A stretch of 64,000 bases of DNA, from assembly GCA_024640685.1 (NCBI GenBank), contig JAHEEN010000002.1, positions 11,395 through 75,394 of the forward strand, given 5' to 3'. How positions within the stretch are numbered: the first letter of the stretch is position 1; each line of letters begins with the position of its first letter. A model generated the notes under the pieces. It had not been told where the DNA came from and did no database searches. It saw only the letters and a program-made list of their open reading frames with translations. This document shows positions 57,867 through 64,000 of this stretch, piece by piece. Source of the DNA: Rhodospirillaceae bacterium (GTDB taxonomy: Bacteria; Pseudomonadota; Gammaproteobacteria; Steroidobacterales; Rariloculaceae). The position numbers were made by a program, and so were the translations under genes.

Positions 57867-60299
57867 ATGAGCAGCAACCTCGTCATCGTCGAATCGCCGG
57901 CTAAAGCGCGCACCATCGAAAAGTATCTCGGCAAGGATTTTCATGTCCTCGCATCCTACGGCCACGTCCGCGACCTCGTTCCGAAGGAAGGTGCCGTCGA
58001 CCCCGAGCACGACTTTGCGATGAAGTATCAGCTCATAGAGAAGAACGAGAAGCACATCGACAAGATCGCGAGCGAGCTCAAGAAGGCCTCGCATCTGTTT
58101 CTCGCAACCGACCCCGACCGCGAGGGCGAAGCGATCTCGTGGCACGTTTGCGAGGTGCTGCGCGAGCGCGGCCTGCTCGAGAACAAGTCCGTCAGTCGCG
58201 TCGTATTCCACGAGATCACGAAACGCGCGATTCGCGAAGCAATCGACTCGCCGCGCGAGCTGTCCGCGGATCTCGTCAATGCGCAGCAGGCGCGGCGTGC
58301 CCTCGACTATCTGGTCGGCTTCAATCTGTCGCCGCTGCTGTGGAAGAAAGTGCGTCGAGGGCTGTCCGCGGGGCGCGTGCAGAGTCCGGCTTTGCGGATG
58401 ATCGTCGAGCGAGAGGACGAGATTGCGGCGTTCAAGCCACGCGAATACTGGACCGTCGGCGCGCTTGCGCAGCACGAGGACAGCGAAGTCACGGCAAGGC
58501 TCGTTGCCTACAGCGGCGGCAAGGTCGAGCAGTTTACGTTTACGAACGAGCGTGACGTTCGCGACGCGGAGGCATCGATCAAGGCGTTGGCCGACGGTGT
58601 CTTGACCGTTGCGCAGGTCGAGAAGCGACAACGCCGGCGCAACCCTGCCGCGCCGTTCACGACATCAACGCTGCAGCAGGAAGCGTCCCGCAAGCTCGGA
58701 TTCAGCGCGCAGAAGACGATGATGGTCGCGCAACGGCTTTACGAAGGTATCGACATCGGCGACGGCGCCGTCGGATTCATTACTTATATGCGCACCGACT
58801 CCGTCACGGTCGCTGCCGAGGCCCTCGACGAATTGCGCGACGTGATCGCGAAACGCTACGGAAGCGAAAATCTCCCGGAGGAGCCACGGCAGTACACGAC
58901 GAAAGCCAAGAACGCGCAGGAGGCGCACGAAGCGATTCGTCCGACGTCGGCGCTGCGCGCGCCAGACGAGATCAAGCAGCACCTGACCGCCGAGCAGCTG
59001 AAGCTCTACGAGCTCATTTGGCGACGCACGGTTGCCTCGCAAATGAGCCCAGCCGTATTCGATACAGTCAGGGTCGATTTGGCAGCTGGCGCCCACAAGG
59101 ACGCGGATACCGTGTTTCGCGCAACCGGTTCGGTCCTTGTCACGCCCGGTTTCATGACCGTGTATCAGGAGGGCTTGGACGACAGCGCGCAGGACGATCG
59201 CGACCGTATTCTTCCGCCGCTGGCCGAGAACGACACACTGAAGCTCGCCGAGATCAACAGCGAGCAACATTTCACCGAGCCGCCGCCACGTTACTCCGAG
59301 GCGACGCTCGTCAAAGCGCTCGAGGAGTACGGCATCGGCCGGCCGTCGACATATGCGTCGATCATCTCGACGCTGCGCAATCGCGAGTACGTCGAGATGG
59401 AGAACAGACGATTCATCCCGACCGATGTCGGCAGCGTCGTCAACCGTTTCTTGACCGAGCATTTCTCGCGGTACGTCGACTATGAGTTCACAGCGCAGCT
59501 CGAGGACGAGCTCGACGCCGTATCGCGCGGCGAGGAAGAGTGGATTCCGCTGCTCGAGAACTTCTGGAAGGACTTTCACGCACTCGTCGAGCACAAGGAA
59601 TCGTCGGTCACGCGCGAGCAAGCGTCGCAAGCCCGCATCCTCGGCGACGATCCGAAGAGCGGTCGACCTGTCAGCGTACGCATGGGGCGCTACGGCACGT
59701 TTGTGCAGATCGGCACGAAGGACGACGAGGAAAAACCTCAATTCGCGGGTCTCAGGCCCGGCCAAAAAATGGATCAGATCGAACTCGCCGAGGCGCTCGA
59801 CTTGTTCAAGCTGCCGCGCAAGCTCGGCGAGACGGCCGACGGGGAGTCGGTATCGGCAAGCATCGGTCGATTCGGCCCGTACGTGCGCTATGGCAATAAG
59901 TTTGTCTCCATTCGCGGCGACGACCCGTATACGATCGAGCTCGACCGCGCACTCGAGCTCATTGAAGAGAAGAAAATCGCAGATGCAAATCGCCTGATTC
60001 AAGACTTCCCAGAAGCGGAGATCCAGGTTTTGAACGGCCGCTACGGCCCCTATGTGACGAACGGCAAGAAAAACGCGAAGATTCCGAAGGACCAGGAACC
60101 GGCTGCGTTGACGCTCGAGGACTGCCAGGAGCTGCTCGCGAAGGCGCCGGAGCGACGTTCACGCCAGGGCGCGAAGAAAAAGACGAAGAAGAAGACGAAG
60201 AAGAAGACCAAGACGTCGAAAAAGAAGGCGTCCAAGAAACGCTCAACGAAGAAGAAGTCCGCCGAGCCGGATGCGGACGCACCGCAGACAGGCGACTGA
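57867..60299 (+). CDS. topA: DNA topoisomerase I (zinc-finger-less C-terminal repeats, Lys-rich tail)
   Basis: Toprim LVIVESPAKA and TDPDREGEAI, active-site Tyr in ITYMRTDS, C-terminal GR(Y/F)G(P/T)(Y/F)V repeats, and the tail KKKTKKKTKKKTKTSKKKASKKRSTKKKS. Confidence 0.93.
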   Translation: MSSNLVIVESPAKARTIEKYLGKDFHVLASYGHVRDLVPKEGAVDPEHDFAMKYQLIEKNEKHIDKIASELKKASHLFLATDPDREGEAISWHVCEVLRERGLLENKSVSRVVFHEITKRAIREAIDSPRELSADLVNAQQARRALDYLVGFNLSPLLWKKVRRGLSAGRVQSPALRMIVEREDEIAAFKPREYWTVGALAQHEDSEVTARLVAYSGGKVEQFTFTNERDVRDAEASIKALADGVLTVAQVEKRQRRRNPAAPFTTSTLQQEASRKLGFSAQKTMMVAQRLYEGIDIGDGAVGFITYMRTDSVTVAAEALDELRDVIAKRYGSENLPEEPRQYTTKAKNAQEAHEAIRPTSALRAPDEIKQHLTAEQLKLYELIWRRTVASQMSPAVFDTVRVDLAAGAHKDADTVFRATGSVLVTPGFMTVYQEGLDDSAQDDRDRILPPLAENDTLKLAEINSEQHFTEPPPRYSEATLVKALEEYGIGRPSTYASIISTLRNREYVEMENRRFIPTDVGSVVNRFLTEHFSRYVDYEFTAQLEDELDAVSRGEEEWIPLLENFWKDFHALVEHKESSVTREQASQARILGDDPKSGRPVSVRMGRYGTFVQIGTKDDEEKPQFAGLRPGQKMDQIELAEALDLFKLPRKLGETADGESVSASIGRFGPYVRYGNKFVSIRGDDPYTIELDRALELIEEKKIADANRLIQDFPEAEIQVLNGRYGPYVTNGKKNAKIPKDQEPAALTLEDCQELLAKAPERRSRQGAKKKTKKKTKKKTKTSKKKASKKRSTKKKSAEPDADAPQTGD

Positions 60300-60319
60300 G
60301 CGCCGCAAGAGCCCAAGCG

Positions 60320-60919
60320 ATGTCGCCCGAACGGCGTGCAAACCCTGCCACGAGCCCCAACTACCATCGTCCAAACATCGCGCAGGCGGCGCGAGTTCTC
60401 GCCGCCGGCGGCATCGTCGCCTATCCGACCGAAGGAGTCTACGGGCTCGGTTGCGTGCACAGCGATCCCGACGCAATCGACCGATTGCTGACCGTCAAGC
60501 AGCGATCGTGGCGCAAGGGCCTCGCGCTGATTGCTGCGTCGCTCGAGCAAGTCGAGGAGCTCGTCGAGCTACCCCGAGACGAGATGCGGGCCGAGATTCT
60601 CGCGACGTGGCCGGGACCTGCAACGTGGGTACTGCCGGTGCGGGCTCGGCAAACGGCGTTGCTGACGGGCGGTCGGGAGACATTGGCCGTACGCGTCACG
60701 GCGCATCCGATCGCCCATGCGCTGTGTCTGCGCACCGGTAGCGCGCTTGTCTCGACGAGCGCAAACCGCACGCGGCGCGCACCGCTGCGCTCGGCACTGT
60801 CGGTCCGCCGCGAGCTAGGCGCCGACGTTGACTTCGTCCTAGGCGGCGCGCTCGGCGACTTGTCCGGCCCGACGCCCATTCGCGACGGTCTAACCGGTGA
60901 GCTATTGAGAGGCGGTTAA
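60320..60919 (+). CDS. tsaC: L-threonylcarbamoyladenylate synthase type 1 (YrdC/TsaC)
   Basis: YrdC-fold motifs GGIVAYPTEGVYGLGC, PGPATWVLP and VSTSANR. 199 aa. Follows topA as in Pseudomonas. Confidence 0.85.
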   Translation: MSPERRANPATSPNYHRPNIAQAARVLAAGGIVAYPTEGVYGLGCVHSDPDAIDRLLTVKQRSWRKGLALIAASLEQVEELVELPRDEMRAEILATWPGPATWVLPVRARQTALLTGGRETLAVRVTAHPIAHALCLRTGSALVSTSANRTRRAPLRSALSVRRELGADVDFVLGGALGDLSGPTPIRDGLTGELLRGG

Positions 60920-60952
60920 CCGAGCGGCGCGTTGGGCGCGCGCTGTGCATGT

Positions 60953-60999
60953 GATAACGTCGCAGAACGTGGCGATAAGCCCACGATAAATCAAGATAA
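60953..60999 (+). repeat. four same-orientation GATAA repeats upstream of the S8 peptidase gene
   Basis: GATAA at 60953, 60974, 60985 and 60995 (spacings 21, 11 and 10 bp) within the 104-bp tsaC/peptidase gap. Confidence 0.6.
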
Positions 61000-61023
61000 C
61001 TTGCAGGCGGGCTCGACCTCGGC

Positions 61024-64000
61024 ATGGTGCGTTCGACATCGAAATTGACGGCGGCGACCGCGGTCGCCATAGCGTGCATGGGGGCGTTGCCCGCCCACGC
61101 GCAGCGCCACGCGACGCCGTCGACACCTCTGCGGCTCGCGTCTCCGGCGCAACCGGTCAAAACCGGCGAGGACATCTACATCGTCCAGCTCAACGCGGCG
61201 CCGGTTGCAAGCTACACTGGCGGCACGCCCGGCTACGTGGCCACGCGCCCGCAGTTCAGCGCCAAACTCGACTCTACGGCGACGACCGTCTCGAGCTACG
61301 CGAAGCACCTCGAGGATAGCCACGATCGGCTCCTGATCGAAGTCGGCGCCGGCGGCGCGAAACTGCATAGCTACGTATTCGCGTTGAATGGCTTTGCAGC
61401 CCGATTGTCGGCCGAGCAAGTATCGCGACTCTACCGCAGCGGTGCGGTCGGTCGACTCTGGCGCGATTCCGAGCGACGCCTGCAGACCGTCAACAGCGCC
61501 ATCTTCTTGGGACTCGAGGACCAAACCGGCGGCCTTCGCGCAGATTTGCAGCTGCGCGGAGAAGACGTAATCGTTGCCGTCATCGATAGCGGCATTGCGC
61601 CCGGCCATCCGTCACTAGCCGATACCGAGGAGCTGATTCCCAGCCGCTGTCGCTCGGATTGGTCGGTTGCCTCGTGGCTCGGCATCTTTCTATGCAGCGC
61701 CGTCAAGCGCAATCCGCCGCTGCAATTGATGTACCAGCCGGCGACGGCGTTCAACGGCGACTGCGAAGCCGGTGACGGCTTCCTTCTAACCGATTGCAAC
61801 AACAAGCTACTCGGCGCGCGCTTTTACGCCGAAGGCTTTCTCGAACGCAAACCGCTCGATCCCGGCGAGTTCTTGTCCCCACGCGACGTCGACGGTCATG
61901 GCACGCACATCGCGACGACTATTGCCGGCAACCCGGTCTCTGCCGATCTTTTCGGTATCCGAGTCGGCGATATCGCCGGGATCGCGCCGCGGGCGCGGAT
62001 TGCGGCGTACAAGGCCTGTTGGCTCGAGCCAGGCGAGACGCGCGCAAGCTGCAGCATGTCCGACCTCGTCGCTGCAATCGATGGTGCGGTCGCCGACGGT
62101 GCCGATATCATCAACTACTCAGTCGGCAACATCGACAATAATCTCGATGCGCCCGACAGCCTCGCACTGTTGAGCGCGCTCGATGCGGGTGTCTTGAGCG
62201 TCGTCGCCGCCGGCAACGATGGCCCTAACGACGCGACGATCGGCGCGCCCGCCGGCGCCCCTTGGGTGCTGACGGTTGCAGCATCGACACAAACCGGCAA
62301 CCGATTCGACGAAGCGATCTCGATCATCGAGCCCGAGCGACTCGCGCAGCGACTCGAGATGAAGGAAGCGAGCTTCACGCCGCAGCTGCGCGACCGCGAG
62401 CCGCTCGACGCTGAAGTCGTTCTCGTCGACGATGGTCAAGACACATTGGGCAACGGTCTACAGGGATCGATACGCGACGCGTGCGAGTCACTGGAAGACG
62501 CCGGCGCGCTGTCCGGTCGAATCGCATTGCTCGTGCGCGGCGGCTGCACGTTCGAGGTCAAGCTCAACCGCGTCGAGCAAGCCGGCGCCATCGCGGCGAT
62601 TGTCTACAACGACTCCGGCGGGCCAATTACGATGAACGGCGACAGTGGCAGCGTGGGGATCCCCGCGGTCATGATATCCGCGGCTGATGGCCAGCTGCTT
62701 GTCGACGAGTTCCTCGCCGATACGGAGATCCGCATCCAACTCGCAAAGGGCGTCTTTCTGACGCGCTCGGACAGCGGCAAAGTGCTCGGCGATTTTTCGT
62801 CGCGCGGTCCGTCGCGCTCGGAGCCCGAGTTCTTGAAGCCTGATGTTGCGGCGCCCGGTGTCGATATTTTCGCCGGCCACACGCCAGCCGTCGCGAACGG
62901 CCTCAAGGGAGAGCTGTATCAGTACCTGAGCGGCACGTCGATGGCCGCGCCCGAAACGGCCGGCGTCGCGGCACTACTAAAGGAGCATGATCCGACGCTG
63001 ACACCAATGGCGTTGAAGTCGGCGCTGATGACGACGGCTGTCGACGACGTGCTGCGTGAAGACGGCGCGACACCGGCGACGCCTTTCGACGCAGGTACCG
63101 GCCACATCGTTGCCAACGCGGCCGTCGATCCGGGACTCGTGTTCGAGGCCGGTCAGGTCGACTACGCAGCCTACCTTTGCGGACTCGAGACCCCGTCATT
63201 TGCCGCGGCCGACTGCGAGCTGCTGCGCAACGCCGGCCTTCCGACAGCCGCGCGAGACATCAACACACCGTCCATCGCCAATGCGGCACTGATCAGCGGC
63301 GACATCGTCGAGCGACGCGTCACGAACGTCGGTCCGAGCGGGACGTATGCCGCTGAGATTATGCCGCCGCCCGGCATCGACGTCGTCGTCGAGCCGTCGA
63401 CGATGACGCTGAATACCGGCCAGCAGGCTACGTTCAGCGTCCGGCTGAACCGTCGCGATGCGGCGCTCGACACTTGGGCTTTCGGACGACTGGCGTGGTC
63501 GGACGGCATCCATCGCGTCGCTAGCCCGATCGCCGTGCGACCTGCGACGCTGCGGGCACCGCGAGAGCTGACGTTTCGCGCGCCGACCGGCAGCGCAACG
63601 GTACCGGTCGCTTTCGGTTACTCCGGTGCGTACCGGGCCGACGCTCATGGCCTGCGCGCAGCACTGACGGATTTCTGCCTCGACCAAGACGGCGCTGAAA
63701 TTCCGTGCGAGATTGCCGACGATCCGACGAATGCGTTCTCGTTTCGTTCGGACAACGGCGTCAACACCCACTTGATCGAGCTACCGCCCGATCAGATCTA
63801 CGCGCGCTTTGCATTGTTCGACGCCGCAACCGACGGCAACGACGATCTCGACCTCTACGTTTTCTATTGCCCTAACAACCAATGCTCGCAGATTGCGCAA
63901 AGTGGCGCGTTCACGTCGGAGGAGCAGATCGACCTTTTCGCGCCGGCGCCCGGCGTCTACGCCATCCTCGTCCACGCATTCGAAACCGACGAGACGATCG
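61024..64000 (+). CDS. secreted S8 (subtilisin-family) serine peptidase with I9 propeptide and PA-domain insert, 3' end outside window
   Basis: Not in the ORF track because it has no stop in the window. ATG 61024 gives MVRSTSKLTAATAVAIACMGALPAHA (signal), an I9-like propeptide (YIVQL...FAARLSAEQV), and a catalytic triad: Asp VAVIDSGI (~61578), His DGHGTHIATTIAGN (~61893) and Ser SGTSMAAPETAG (~62929). A PA-like insert lies between His and Ser. Confidence 0.88.
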   Translation, partial: MVRSTSKLTAATAVAIACMGALPAHAQRHATPSTPLRLASPAQPVKTGEDIYIVQLNAAPVASYTGGTPGYVATRPQFSAKLDSTATTVSSYAKHLEDSHDRLLIEVGAGGAKLHSYVFALNGFAARLSAEQVSRLYRSGAVGRLWRDSERRLQTVNSAIFLGLEDQTGGLRADLQLRGEDVIVAVIDSGIAPGHPSLADTEELIPSRCRSDWSVASWLGIFLCSAVKRNPPLQLMYQPATAFNGDCEAGDGFLLTDCNNKLLGARFYAEGFLERKPLDPGEFLSPRDVDGHGTHIATTIAGNPVSADLFGIRVGDIAGIAPRARIAAYKACWLEPGETRASCSMSDLVAAIDGAVADGADIINYSVGNIDNNLDAPDSLALLSALDAGVLSVVAAGNDGPNDATIGAPAGAPWVLTVAASTQTGNRFDEAISIIEPERLAQRLEMKEASFTPQLRDREPLDAEVVLVDDGQDTLGNGLQGSIRDACESLEDAGALSGRIALLVRGGCTFEVKLNRVEQAGAIAAIVYNDSGGPITMNGDSGSVGIPAVMISAADGQLLVDEFLADTEIRIQLAKGVFLTRSDSGKVLGDFSSRGPSRSEPEFLKPDVAAPGVDIFAGHTPAVANGLKGELYQYLSGTSMAAPETAGVAALLKEHDPTLTPMALKSALMTTAVDDVLREDGATPATPFDAGTGHIVANAAVDPGLVFEAGQVDYAAYLCGLETPSFAAADCELLRNAGLPTAARDINTPSIANAALISGDIVERRVTNVGPSGTYAAEIMPPPGIDVVVEPSTMTLNTGQQATFSVRLNRRDAALDTWAFGRLAWSDGIHRVASPIAVRPATLRAPRELTFRAPTGSATVPVAFGYSGAYRADAHGLRAALTDFCLDQDGAEIPCEIADDPTNAFSFRSDNGVNTHLIELPPDQIYARFALFDAATDGNDDLDLYVFYCPNNQCSQIAQSGAFTSEEQIDLFAPAPGVYAILVHAFETDETI

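Noticed and set aside
57330-60002. Minus-strand ORFs 57330..58631 (433 aa) and 58665..60002 (445 aa)
   Set aside because: They are antisense to smg/topA, whose plus-strand translations carry clear family motifs. The antisense products are Arg/Leu/Asp-rich with no motifs.

Overview
The window is GC-rich and densely coding, and it reads as core chromosome of a gammaproteobacterium-like organism. That placement rests on synteny blocks I recognise: pyrE/dut/coaBC/radC/rpmB/rpmG/mutM, coaD/rsmD with ftsYEX-rpoH, gltBD, pntAB, priA-argS-SPOR, and def-fmt-rsmB next to LysM-dprA-smg-topA-tsaC. I call about 60 protein genes from motifs read in the translations. I also call two clear intrinsic terminators and a few candidate promoters. 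I saw no rRNA, tRNA, CRISPR array, IS element, integrase or prophage signature. I did not find a clearly novel multi-gene system.

The observations most worth a second look are:
- An OmpR-type response regulator whose receiver domain has no canonical start codon and lies in frame directly behind a Nudix gene's TGA. It is paired with a kinase carrying a very large periplasmic domain.
- A tightly overlapping four-gene ECF-sigma module: sigma, a DUF3619-like protein, a small acidic secreted protein, and a DUF3106 protein with LTXXQ-like repeats.
- An NtrY/NtrX-like pair fused into the def-fmt-rsmB-DUF4390 gene chain, with a visibly degenerate AAA+ core in the regulator.
- A sigma-E-type promoter in front of rpoH, overlapped by a perfect palindrome.
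- Four helically phased GATAA repeats upstream of a secreted S8 peptidase.
- An orphan secreted protein inserted into the conserved coaBC-radC junction.

All family names come from motif recognition by eye. No database search was run. Start codons are the least certain part of the annotation.
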